Shown here one piece after another: positions 8,598-17,620 of a stretch of DNA of 50,599 nucleotides; the stretch's first letter is position 1; each line of letters starts with the position of its first letter. Where the stretch lies: positions 1-50,599 of IMG/VR virus record IMGVR_UViG_3300033143_006358, one strand, 5' to 3'. Under the pieces are notes generated by a model. That model did not search any database. It saw only the letters and a program-made list of their open reading frames with translations, and had not been told where the DNA came from. The stretch comes from a virus (Duplodnaviria > Caudoviricetes). The position numbers and the translations under genes were made by a program.

Positions 8598-8740
8598 CGG
8601 TCACACATCCTTTCGTAGTAATCATCGGGATTGTATTCTTCCCTTTCGTCATATTCATCGTCGTATTCATCGTCGTAATCAATGTCTCTCTGGCGAGCCC
8701 CAGGCGGTAGGTTTCCGATATGTGAAGTCATTCTGCTCAT
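8594..8740 (-). CDS. Small acidic hypothetical protein
   Basis: NLPPG followed by a D/E/Y-rich tail; ATGA coupling at both ends. Confidence 0.55.
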   Translation of the reverse strand: MSRMTSHIGNLPPGARQRDIDYDDEYDDEYDEREEYNPDDYYERMCDR

Positions 8741-8904
8741 TTTATCCTCATCAACTTTCTCGCCAGATAGCCCAGGCACGTGCCCACTATCGCAAAGATA
8801 TTGCCTCGATCATCTTTGGCATATTCGCCGTTGCCGATCTTGAGTAATCCCGGTTCGCGAAAACGACTAAGTAGGTTATTACTTTGTATTCGTGTTGGCT
8901 TCAT
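8737..8904 (-). CDS. Small hypothetical protein, 55 aa, not in ORF track
   Basis: MKPTRIQSNNLLSRFREPGLLKIGNGEYAKDDRGNIFAIVG...; stop overlaps the next ATG. Confidence 0.45.
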   Translation of the reverse strand: MKPTRIQSNNLLSRFREPGLLKIGNGEYAKDDRGNIFAIVGTCLGYLARKLMRIK

Positions 8905-9063
8905 GGCGCACTCTTGAAATTAAAATGGGCCGGGGGCAGGAAAAAACACGCAAAAATCCCCCGGCCCGCTCCGCTCTCTCTTTTTCTCCCTCCCGAAACA
9001 GCTTGCGTACCTGCCCCCATCCCCTCATGACCCCGCGATCTTCTGTGTATGGCTTGGGCAGCA

Positions 9064-9366
9064 TTATTTCGTTGGCCCCTTTGCCAGTACGACCATTTTT
9101 TCATGGCCCGCCTTGGCATCTTCGAGGGATGTATAGCGATCTATTTCTTGATCGTGATCCCCGCCAAAAATCATTGTTTCCCACAACATTGGCGGACCTA
9201 CGCCAAAGCGATGGTCGATCCCTAAAAATACAGTTGATACATAGACATCGGGAGAAACGGTGGTTTTCGCCACGGCACGATCGGCGGATTCAAACCATCG
9301 CCCCCATTTATAAATATCGGGCTCTGGCATAGGCTTGCCGTCTTTTAATATATATCTATCCGTCAT
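9064..9366 (-). CDS. Conserved small phage protein
   Basis: VSTVFLGIDHRFG...WETMIFGG...RYTSLEDAKAGHE pattern, familiar from phage hypothetical proteins. Confidence 0.8.
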   Translation of the reverse strand: MTDRYILKDGKPMPEPDIYKWGRWFESADRAVAKTTVSPDVYVSTVFLGIDHRFGVGPPMLWETMIFGGDHDQEIDRYTSLEDAKAGHEKMVVLAKGPTK

Positions 9367-9371
9367 CTTGC

Positions 9372-9494
9372 CTATCTTCCCTGACCGCCATAAAGTTTAC
9401 AAGCCGACCAGTTGTCACGCTCAGGGAGGGGCCTGGAGCCTGGCCGGGCTTGCAAACTAATCAGCAATTTAGTATAGTTAATTGAGCGTGACAT
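9372..9494 (-). promoter_or_regulatory. Structured leader with 40-aa uORF at the head of the leftward operon
   Basis: Stem 9440-9458/9394-9411; loop 9413-9423 is complementary to 9483-9493; the uORF ATG at 9494 has an AGGAG SD. Confidence 0.65.
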
Positions 9495-9552
9495 AATATT
9501 AAGCTCCTATTAAATTATCTGTGATGAATACCCTATGTCCATCACCTATTAC

Positions 9553-9581
9553 AGATTACATCATAATTGCCGATTTGTCAA
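9553..9581 (-). promoter_or_regulatory. Leftward sigma70 promoter
   Basis: TTGACA-17 nt-TAATCT. Confidence 0.65.
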
Positions 9582-9702
9582 ACGGCTCATCCCATTATTT
9601 TTTCAGGTATTAACATAAGTTCTTTCCTGGTAACGAATAATAAAATAGAAGCCTGCGAAGAATTGTTGTTATGGACAGATATGTTCTTCGCAGGCTGTAG
9701 GG

Positions 9703-9731
9703 TTGACAATCCATAATTTATATCGTATATT
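9703..9731 (+). promoter_or_regulatory. Rightward sigma70 promoter, probably giving a leaderless mRNA
   Basis: TTGACA-17 nt-TATATT; the ATG at 9738 begins 7 nt after the end of the -10 box. Confidence 0.75.
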
Positions 9732-9737
9732 ATCATT

Positions 9738-9908
9738 ATGCCATTAAAAAAGGGAAAGTCAAGGGAAGCCATTAGTTCTAATATCGCAGAGCTTGTTCGG
9801 TCCGGAAGGCCGAGGGATCAAGCAGCGGCTATAGCCTACTCTAATGCCGGTAAAGGCCGGAAAAAGGTCATGGCAATCCCAAGAAAAAGAAAAAAGAAAG
9901 GAAGATAA
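9738..9908 (+). CDS. Small basic phage protein (MPLKKGKS...QAxAIA family), 56 aa, not in ORF track
   Basis: [39 protein letters not shown]... Confidence 0.85.
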   Translation: MPLKKGKSREAISSNIAELVRSGRPRDQAAAIAYSNAGKGRKKVMAIPRKRKKKGR

Positions 9909-9910
9909 CT

Positions 9911-10951
9911 ATGAATGAAAAACCACAATCAGAGCGTTGGCCGGTAACCGTCACCACTGCCGGGGCAGCTTTCGTGACGCCATTACCGGCGCCGAGTAAC
10001 AGCCTAAGTCATTACGTAACCGGCATAAACTCTTCTGGCGCAGCAGTTTGCGTATTTCCGCGCCGCCAATGCGTACTATTTAATGAGGCCGCCGCCGCCG
10101 ATTTCATTACCGTGGCCGACGCCGCAGGCGTGCAGATAGCAAACTCCAAGGATTTCATCATCCTGTTCTGGTTCAAGGCTGCCAAAGCCCAGGTGTCCAC
10201 CGGGGATTTTGTCTCTAAAATCAACGGCACAAACGGTTATACGGTAGAAATCGACGCATCCGGCAAGCTCAAAGTATCCATCGGCGACGCCGATACCGAG
10301 GCGACAATAACCTCCACGAACGTCGTAAACGACGGGAAATGGCACCATGTAGCCATTTACGGCGAATATGGATCTGCCACCGGCCTCAAGTTGTTTATCG
10401 ACGGTGATTCTGCTGCGACCGCCGTTACGCTGGTCGGGGTCACCGGAATAGGCACCGGGGCAGCGGGCTTGATATTGGGAGGCGGCGCCACAAGCGCTAC
10501 CAAGACGATACACATGAGCCAGTTCGGGATTTACGTAGCTACTGATTTATCAACGACTTATGCGACTATTATCGCCGCTCATTATAACAAAGGCGAATCA
10601 GGCGAGGGCGGCGAAAGGGTCGTCGGTAAGAAGTTTATCGGTACAGAGACAAATTTACAGGTGGCCTACAACCTGGACGAAGGCGCCAGCACGGTAACGA
10701 CGGACCTGGTAGGGGCATTGGATGGTACTGCGGAGGCAACCGTGACCTGGGTAAATGACGGCGTGCCGTTCGAGAATTTCAAAAACAACGTCGCCGAACC
10801 GCTCCCCGCCGTGACTATAACAGCAGTGGCGGCGGGCAATACCAATATACAGTTCCCTCATCCCATCAAGATAGGTCGCAATGCGCCGTTACACGTGTCT
10901 ATATCGGCGGCGGCCACGGTCACATTTTTTGGTTATACAGACGGAGTATAA
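9911..10951 (+). CDS. LamG / concanavalin A-like lectin domain protein, probably virion-associated
   Basis: FIILFWFK, VNDGKWHHVAI, LKLFIDG and LQVAYNLDEG motifs. Confidence 0.85.
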   Translation: MNEKPQSERWPVTVTTAGAAFVTPLPAPSNSLSHYVTGINSSGAAVCVFPRRQCVLFNEAAAADFITVADAAGVQIANSKDFIILFWFKAAKAQVSTGDFVSKINGTNGYTVEIDASGKLKVSIGDADTEATITSTNVVNDGKWHHVAIYGEYGSATGLKLFIDGDSAATAVTLVGVTGIGTGAAGLILGGGATSATKTIHMSQFGIYVATDLSTTYATIIAAHYNKGESGEGGERVVGKKFIGTETNLQVAYNLDEGASTVTTDLVGALDGTAEATVTWVNDGVPFENFKNNVAEPLPAVTITAVAAGNTNIQFPHPIKIGRNAPLHVSISAAATVTFFGYTDGV

Positions 10952-10952
10952 G

Positions 10953-11384
10953 ATGAAAACCAAACCAACTGATTTTCGCAAAGCGGTACGTACCGGAGAA
11001 GAAAAGGTAAAGCTGGGGCCTCCCATGCCTATGCCGGGCTACATCATGGTACAACAGGTTAAGACCCCGAACGTTTCGGAAGGCGGCATCGAACTACCGC
11101 AAACCTCCCAGGAAGATTTGCCCTACGGTATGGTGGTAAAAGAAAACCCATATGATATCGCAGCAAGAATAGAACCCAGACCGGAAGATAGACCTTGTTT
11201 TGAGCCGGCAAGGTCGATGGACCGGGCACTACTTAAAAACGGCACAATATCCATCCAGTTAGGCGACTATGTCCTGTTTCCGCCCCATGCCGGACATTTA
11301 TTGCCGGACGAGAAAGAACGTGGAGTACAATGGGTATTTATCAAACGGACCGATATTATAGCTGTTTTTGAGGCCAAAACTTAG
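10953..11384 (+). CDS. groES: GroES/Cpn10-like co-chaperonin
   Basis: PMPGYIMVQ, SEGGIELP mobile loop, IQLGDYVLF and FIKRTDIIAV; ATG 10953 with GGAG SD. Confidence 0.85.
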   Translation: MKTKPTDFRKAVRTGEEKVKLGPPMPMPGYIMVQQVKTPNVSEGGIELPQTSQEDLPYGMVVKENPYDIAARIEPRPEDRPCFEPARSMDRALLKNGTISIQLGDYVLFPPHAGHLLPDEKERGVQWVFIKRTDIIAVFEAKT

Positions 11385-11396
11385 AATCCTTTCCAA

Positions 11397-11463
11397 GCGG
11401 CGGAGTGGGTTTTTGCGCTCTGGTCTTCCCTGGGCCGTAGTGTCTTTTTTCTCACTCCGCCGT
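11397..11463 (+). terminator. Inverted repeat between convergent genes
   Basis: gcggcggagtggg / ctcactccgccgt followed by a T run; the loop is large (41 nt). Confidence 0.4.
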
Positions 11464-11465
11464 TT

Positions 11466-14400
11466 TTATGGCATAAACGATAGCGAGCCGCCGCCCTGTG
11501 CTAAATCCTCTCCGGTCTGCTCCGCCATTGTCATAGCGGCTATCCCGCCGAACAGTGGTTTGTAGTCGGCTCCCATCGTATTTAGTATCCGCTGTAAACG
11601 GGTCATTTCCCTAGCCTTCTCTACCGCCTTAATATCCGATTTTTTGATCTGTAACGGGCCAAGTTGCGGGTATCGGCGCTGGTATTCCGCCTGCACATTA
11701 CCGGCCTTTTCCATGTCGTTTTCGACCATTGCCGCTATATACTGCCGACGGTAATCATGCAGGATATCTCCCTGTTTTAACAGGTATTCCCCCAGTTGCG
11801 ATTCGGTGGACTGATCTATGGTTCTTAGCCCCATGCTTCGGGCGAATAATTGCAACGGAGAATAACGTCCGATAAGTTTCTGTTTTCGGTCGTACAGGGC
11901 CACTTTGCCCGATCGTTGCACTTCGGAGTAGTCTGCCCGGTAGGGACTCAGGTATTTATAGGCTCGGTGCGCTGCTAATCCGCCCGGAACCGCTACGGCA
12001 AGTTGCTGAGGCAGTTTTTCCGTCTCGCCCGTCCAGGCGGCATGGGCCAGCGAACCGGCGATGCCGGCCACCGGAGGCACAAGCGGCATAGGATAAAAAG
12101 GAGCATCCTGCCACAGGGGGGCAGGCAAGGCCCCTGCGAGCAGCCCTGAGCTAACATCTACCCCCGCCACGTGCTTTGCAGCCTGATATGTCAACGTGGA
12201 GGCTAACATGGCCCTTCCTACGGTCCCGTAGTCCCTGGCGGCCTTAACCGCCCCGGTCGCCGGGTCTATGGCCCCGGAGCCAAAGCGGGTGGAAAGAGCC
12301 AGGAAATCCATCATTCGTAACGGGAACTGGGTAAATTGTCTCAAGGGGCCGGGCACCCTGAGCATGGCTCGTGGAACTCCCAACGGCCCGCCGGGAAACT
12401 GGGTGGCCCTAACCAGGTTGGCGGCGAAATCTACAGCGCCGGCAGCTGCCGGACCGCCTGCGTGGGCAATCCCTGATTCCCAGGCCAAAAGACGGTTAAA
12501 TCGCTCCGTGGCCGTGAACATGCCCATAGCCCCGGCCTTGCCGGTTTCTACCCATTTTCGTATTCCCGTTGCCCATACCTTAGGCAGCATTTCGGTCATA
12601 TCGGCATATTGGGGATTGGCGCCGAGGCCCTCCCTGATAAATTTAGGAAATACCTTCTCCATCGCCATTTCGTCCGAACGGGTCAGAGAATAACCCTCGG
12701 CCTGAGATTTACGCAGTTCTGTAGCATAAGACCGTAACTTGGGAAACAGATTGGCCAGGCCCGCCGCCGTTGCCTTCGGCCCTACGACGTTCAATGAGGT
12801 TATCACCGGCTGCATCAGGTTTTTCATGGCAGGAGCCGGATTTACGCCCAGGGTGGAATAATACATCCAGGACGTTATCTTGGCCGATATACTGGTAGGG
12901 GAAGCGCCGCCGGACGGACTGGATAATGTTTCTGAGAGAAAATTGTGTACCTGATCTCCGCCGGGCATTTTATGGAACATATTCTTAATCTTGGGGAGAT
13001 TCAAGGCGGTGTGATAGCGCAGTTTCATATCGTTATAGTTCATCTGCCGTTCGATCTGCCAGGGCGTTCGTTTGCCCTGTACCAGAGGCAGGTAGTCCCT
13101 TTGCAGAATATTCTTGCGGATCGGGTCCATGTGGGCCGCTTCCCTGGCAATAAGTTCATTATAGGTCTCGGTCATGCCCTTGTGTTTTATACTCCAGCCA
13201 TACGTCGGGCCGGCAGTGTGAACGTAACGGCTGAAATCGTCGGTCAGGTCCAGGTGGTATTCCGGCAGTTCGCCGATAAATTTGGTGTTATCCAAAAAAG
13301 TATCGAGAGTGTTCTTGGCCCCGTTGGTTTTAAATAGTTCACTATACCGGCCCGCCATAGCGGCGCGGGTTCCTTTGTCCGATACGAAATGAGTTTCCAG
13401 AAGATTATCAAGCCGTTTTTCCAAAACCGCCGGTGAATCCGAAGTATTGAATATAACCCTGGCGTCCTCGACGAATCCTCTGCTCACCTTCTGTTGTAAT
13501 TGCTGGATGGCCCCGTAGGTCTTTTTGTTCAGGACTCCCATGCCGTCCAGTTTTCCCAGCATTTCCATATCCGGCAGGCTGATACCGCGTCTCTGTAAAA
13601 ATGAAGTGTCAAAAGGAGTAGCCATTTTACCCTGCTTGGCGTAATATTCCGCCATCTCCGGTACTTCCTGTACCAGGGTGCGCGGTCCCTTCATGTACTG
13701 CGGGCTGTAGTCGGTTAGGAAGCCGCCCAACTGCGCCGTCTTTTTCGTTCCCTTAGAGATAACGCCGTGCGGTGCAGCGATAGGAACGTCGCCCACGAAA
13801 AAATACCGATTCTGCAAGGCCCGTTGTAAGTCCTCCGCCGCGCCCGGGGTTTTGAAAAACACCCTGCCAATCTCATCGTAAATATTTCTCGTACTGGATG
13901 CCATATTTTTCATCGCGGATATTCGGTGGGGAGCGAACCCGGCGGCCTTGAGCGCGTTGAGGTCCAATAAGGCGTCATTCGCCAGATTCACCTGTGTACC
14001 TTCCCGTACCGCCCCGAATAGCTTATGTAGAGAACCGCCGCCCGCTTTATCCGCACCTCGGTTCATCAAGCTCATAATCGCCCGCTCTTCGCGGGTGGGC
14101 AGACTGCCGGCCTTGCCGACAAAGGTTTCTAATGTCTGGTTCATCTTGCCGATATAGTTTTGCATAAAGGCATGGGTTTTGTTCGAGCCGTCGAAAAGGG
14201 TTTTCCATACTTTCGGAAATTCGGCGAAGATACGCATAGGCGTACCCAGATTCTTACCGAACCACGATAGCCCGCTGGCCGCGCCTTTGGCGGTGCGGGC
14301 AAAATTGAATACACTGGCCGCCGGCAATATCGGGTATCTCATGGCTAAAACAGAACCGAGAATAACCAGCGGATTAGTGACTATATCGAGCATGGCCTTG

Positions 14401-14591
14401 ATAGCCGGGTTATCTCCGTACCGTGAGCCGATGGTTTTTCGTTCTTCCGGCGATAGAGAAGCGGGCTGGAATATGGATTTGATGGAGGCGTCGTAGTTGC
14501 CTTGCTGGATATTGGATATTACCAGAGCGGGCCGATCATAGAAATTGAGCGGGAAGTTGTACGTGCTTTGCGCAAGCATATTTTTTGCCAC
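11466..14591 (-). CDS. Large internal virion / DNA ejection-type protein
   Basis: 1041 aa, helical and Ala/Gly-rich, last gene of the morphogenesis arm; positional inference. Confidence 0.6.
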   Translation of the reverse strand: MAKNMLAQSTYNFPLNFYDRPALVISNIQQGNYDASIKSIFQPASLSPEERKTIGSRYGDNPAIKAMLDIVTNPLVILGSVLAMRYPILPAASVFNFARTAKGAASGLSWFGKNLGTPMRIFAEFPKVWKTLFDGSNKTHAFMQNYIGKMNQTLETFVGKAGSLPTREERAIMSLMNRGADKAGGGSLHKLFGAVREGTQVNLANDALLDLNALKAAGFAPHRISAMKNMASSTRNIYDEIGRVFFKTPGAAEDLQRALQNRYFFVGDVPIAAPHGVISKGTKKTAQLGGFLTDYSPQYMKGPRTLVQEVPEMAEYYAKQGKMATPFDTSFLQRRGISLPDMEMLGKLDGMGVLNKKTYGAIQQLQQKVSRGFVEDARVIFNTSDSPAVLEKRLDNLLETHFVSDKGTRAAMAGRYSELFKTNGAKNTLDTFLDNTKFIGELPEYHLDLTDDFSRYVHTAGPTYGWSIKHKGMTETYNELIAREAAHMDPIRKNILQRDYLPLVQGKRTPWQIERQMNYNDMKLRYHTALNLPKIKNMFHKMPGGDQVHNFLSETLSSPSGGASPTSISAKITSWMYYSTLGVNPAPAMKNLMQPVITSLNVVGPKATAAGLANLFPKLRSYATELRKSQAEGYSLTRSDEMAMEKVFPKFIREGLGANPQYADMTEMLPKVWATGIRKWVETGKAGAMGMFTATERFNRLLAWESGIAHAGGPAAAGAVDFAANLVRATQFPGGPLGVPRAMLRVPGPLRQFTQFPLRMMDFLALSTRFGSGAIDPATGAVKAARDYGTVGRAMLASTLTYQAAKHVAGVDVSSGLLAGALPAPLWQDAPFYPMPLVPPVAGIAGSLAHAAWTGETEKLPQQLAVAVPGGLAAHRAYKYLSPYRADYSEVQRSGKVALYDRKQKLIGRYSPLQLFARSMGLRTIDQSTESQLGEYLLKQGDILHDYRRQYIAAMVENDMEKAGNVQAEYQRRYPQLGPLQIKKSDIKAVEKAREMTRLQRILNTMGADYKPLFGGIAAMTMAEQTGEDLAQGGGSLSFMP

Positions 14592-14597
14592 AAGTGA

Positions 14598-15467
14598 TTA
14601 CCCTCCTATAGCGCCTTGTAGCATATTCATAAGGGTCTGCTGGTCGGGCGAGCCTTCCTGCCCCCCGGCGCCGCCTATCAATTCCTCGCCCTGCGCCACC
14701 GCCGGGGCCGACAAGGAAACCGGTAACGCCGAACCCGGACTTTGCAGATTCGCCAGCGCCGTCTGCTTTCCGGCCAGACTGCCCGCCAGGTGTTGAATCT
14801 TCTGCTGGTTGAGCATGTTTTCGGCGATCTCCTCTTTTTTTAGGTCGGGGTTGATTCCCTGCGACAATAGGTTCAGCCGCCCTACAAGTTCTTGCATTTT
14901 TGGCGTATCCTGTGACGCCACAATATCACCGATTGTTTTTTCGACCATCAGTAAGCCGATAAAGATTATCCCCACCGTCGTACCCACTTTCAATAAACCC
15001 CCTTTTTTGGCCACTGCGCCCGCCGCTTCCCCAGCGGTCTCGATGGCTCCTGCCGCGCCGGTCGCACCTTTTCCTACGTTCAGGAACTTGCTCGTTATAT
15101 TCGTGCCGATCTTCGGCATGGTCGGTGATTTCAACATAGGAGATATCAAATTCTTGCCTTCTGTGGCCGACATCTTTTCGGCGGCGCCCCACAAAGATTT
15201 GATACGGTCGCTACTGTGTTTTTTGACATAATTCAGCATGTCTTTCGTGGCCGCCACTTCTCCTTTTTTTCCTTTGACGACTACGAAACGATCCACTATC
15301 TTTTTCGCTTCGGCAGCGCTCTTGGCAATCGGGCCTTTCGCCATAGGCGCAGTGACGGCGGCGCCCATAGCTATTTCGGTAGAGGTCTTGAGGGGTCCTC
15401 TCATAGAACCGGGCTTGACATATCCACGCATGAACTTATTGGTTGTGGGGGTAAAATTTTTGGCCAT
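14598..15467 (-). CDS. Putative ejection protein with a hydrophobic segment
   Basis: Basic N-terminus, VGTTVGIIFIGLLMV segment, Gln-rich C-terminus. Confidence 0.55.
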   Translation of the reverse strand: MAKNFTPTTNKFMRGYVKPGSMRGPLKTSTEIAMGAAVTAPMAKGPIAKSAAEAKKIVDRFVVVKGKKGEVAATKDMLNYVKKHSSDRIKSLWGAAEKMSATEGKNLISPMLKSPTMPKIGTNITSKFLNVGKGATGAAGAIETAGEAAGAVAKKGGLLKVGTTVGIIFIGLLMVEKTIGDIVASQDTPKMQELVGRLNLLSQGINPDLKKEEIAENMLNQQKIQHLAGSLAGKQTALANLQSPGSALPVSLSAPAVAQGEELIGGAGGQEGSPDQQTLMNMLQGAIGG

Positions 15468-15481
15468 AATACATCACCTCT

Positions 15482-15952
15482 TTACTGTAACAGGGCCGCC
15501 ACCGGGAACTCCGGCATAAATACGTCCAGATTTCCGCCGCCCGTCGGCATTTCCGGCGCTACGGGCTGGCTTGCCAACTGCGCCGCGGCTCCTATCGCCT
15601 GCGTTACCGACGGTTCGGAGGCCGCTTTCTGGGCCATCATGGTCATCATAAACTGCTGTTTCATATTCTGCTGTTCGTAGGCGCGCTGGTCCTCTCGTTC
15701 CTGCTTTAACTGTTCGGAGGCTTCTTTATCGTGCTTAGTCAGGTATTTCAGGTATTCGTCGGACGCTATCTGCTGCGCCTCAGCAAAGCCCTTCTGGGCG
15801 GAAATCTGTTTTTGCAGCACTTCCATATCCATACTACGGGGCGATTCCAGGCCCAGGCTATTGAATACGCCCATTTCCCATAGACCCTTGAATGACTCAT
15901 TCAACACATATGCGCCGCCAAGCACCGCCGCCATTATTGCCAATACGTGCAT
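15482..15952 (-). CDS. Putative ejection/pilot protein
   Basis: Hydrophobic N-terminus plus Gln/Met-rich coil; AGGAG SD. Confidence 0.55.
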   Translation of the reverse strand: MHVLAIMAAVLGGAYVLNESFKGLWEMGVFNSLGLESPRSMDMEVLQKQISAQKGFAEAQQIASDEYLKYLTKHDKEASEQLKQEREDQRAYEQQNMKQQFMMTMMAQKAASEPSVTQAIGAAAQLASQPVAPEMPTGGGNLDVFMPEFPVAALLQ

Positions 15953-15970
15953 GATTGTTCTCCTATTTCT

Positions 15971-17608
15971 CTATTCGTACGATCCGGCAGGACGGCCAAA
16001 AAAGGTCGGCGTTTGACTCCTGCGCGCTTTATTAAATTGCTCCGCTTCAAAATCCTCCAGGGATATATTCGGATTGGCTTCCGGATTGAGCGGGTTTACT
16101 AATTCTTCTTCGTCCTGAATATAATCGCTGAACATGGTCTGGCGTTTTTCCTTCTGTTTCGCCAGCCGTTCTTCTCGACGCGCGACGGCGGCAAATTCGC
16201 CCGGCCTCGCCCGGCGTCCTCGTATCATCCCGGTCGCCATGCCCCTTTGGGCCGGTGCGCTTTGCAGCGAACTCGTCGGCTCCGGCGGAAATTCAGGCAG
16301 GCGCTGTTGACGGCGCGGTATCCGAGAGGGCGGATTGCCGTTATAGATTTCGTTCAGGTACGGCCTGTCCGGTCCATGTATTTCGCCGTAAACGCCTTCA
16401 CCCGGATTGAGGTAGGCCATGCGTTCCTTGATTATATCCAAGAATCGTTGCCGGTTCATGTCCTGCCCCGGCCCCGTTACATCGTCCATAATCCGCTGCT
16501 CTAGGTCACCCGGCGAGATTCCGCCGCGTATCGTGTTCATGTGGTCGAACTCGCGCGTAACCTGCGGGTCGTTCCTGCCCGCGCCGGTATGCAGTACGGC
16601 CCCGTCTATGACGGTATGATGCAAAGTCTTGTAATAATTAAGTTTTTCCATCAACTCTATATCACGATTCCAATGGCCTAACACTTCGACCATTTTATTC
16701 GACGACCAGTTTTGTCCTGGATTGTAGGATGCGATCAAACTTTTAATGGGCGAATATTCTTTTGGATTCATTACCGCCGCCATCCATTCTTCCGGCGTCA
16801 TGGACTGTTTCAGTTTATACAGGTCTTTAATGAGCATTTGGCTGGCCTCGTCCGGGTAATTCTGCTCTAGGGCTATATCGTATTTGTCCGCCAATACGCC
16901 GGAAATATCCGCCATGACCGCCAACTGCTGTGCGTTCAGTTTTCCGGCTTTGATCTGCTCTTCCATAGCGGAAAGCAATTTCTCCGGGTCCGCGTCGCGC
17001 GGTATATTTGGGAACGCATCGTAGAATTTATCCCCGGCCCGGTTCAGGGAATTCAAAGTAATATCGTTCTCGTCGAGCGAACCATTGATTTGCTCTCTCA
17101 AATCGTTCCTGGATTGATTATACTGTTTATGGAGTTCGCCCCCTCTATTCACGCCGCCCATCACATCGCGAAGCTGTTTGGTACGTTCCTCTTCGCTGAG
17201 AAAGGCGGACATTATTCCCATGTAAGCCAACTCCATTCCTTCGTGATACCGATACGCCTCCGTACCGGCGCGTTCTCTGGCCAGTTCGTGTTTTCGGTCC
17301 ATCTCAAAAAGTTTATCTTCGCGCGTAATCTGAAAGAGATTGTTCTGCATGTTCATAAGCCAGGCTAATTTTTTGTCCCGGTTCTGCTGCGCCTCGCGGA
17401 TGAAATCCTGGTCGATAAACTTATTGTCGGTTTCATGCTGCATTTGCAATTTAGCAAGTCGCTCATAGACCCGCTGCCCGGACATGGTGGTCATCAAGGC
17501 TTCTTTTTGCATACCGATATTATTATACAGGTTACTGCGCGCCGCCGTATTGCCCAGCGGAGGTTCGGACATATTCGCCAACATCGCGGGATGGGGATTC
17601 ATGCTCAT
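15971..17608 (-). CDS. Putative internal virion protein
   Basis: 545 aa helical ORF within the ejection cluster; AAGGAG SD. Confidence 0.55.
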   Translation of the reverse strand: MSMNPHPAMLANMSEPPLGNTAARSNLYNNIGMQKEALMTTMSGQRVYERLAKLQMQHETDNKFIDQDFIREAQQNRDKKLAWLMNMQNNLFQITREDKLFEMDRKHELARERAGTEAYRYHEGMELAYMGIMSAFLSEEERTKQLRDVMGGVNRGGELHKQYNQSRNDLREQINGSLDENDITLNSLNRAGDKFYDAFPNIPRDADPEKLLSAMEEQIKAGKLNAQQLAVMADISGVLADKYDIALEQNYPDEASQMLIKDLYKLKQSMTPEEWMAAVMNPKEYSPIKSLIASYNPGQNWSSNKMVEVLGHWNRDIELMEKLNYYKTLHHTVIDGAVLHTGAGRNDPQVTREFDHMNTIRGGISPGDLEQRIMDDVTGPGQDMNRQRFLDIIKERMAYLNPGEGVYGEIHGPDRPYLNEIYNGNPPSRIPRRQQRLPEFPPEPTSSLQSAPAQRGMATGMIRGRRARPGEFAAVARREERLAKQKEKRQTMFSDYIQDEEELVNPLNPEANPNISLEDFEAEQFNKARRSQTPTFFGRPAGSYE

Positions 17609-17620
17609 TTTATCATCTCC

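Noticed and set aside
15953-15973. Second in-frame TAG junction (15971 to ATG 15952), suggesting genome-wide TAG recoding
   Set aside because: The downstream gene has its own AGGAG SD and ATG, other TAG stops are followed by non-coding sequence or new starts, and long genes are not fragmented by TAG
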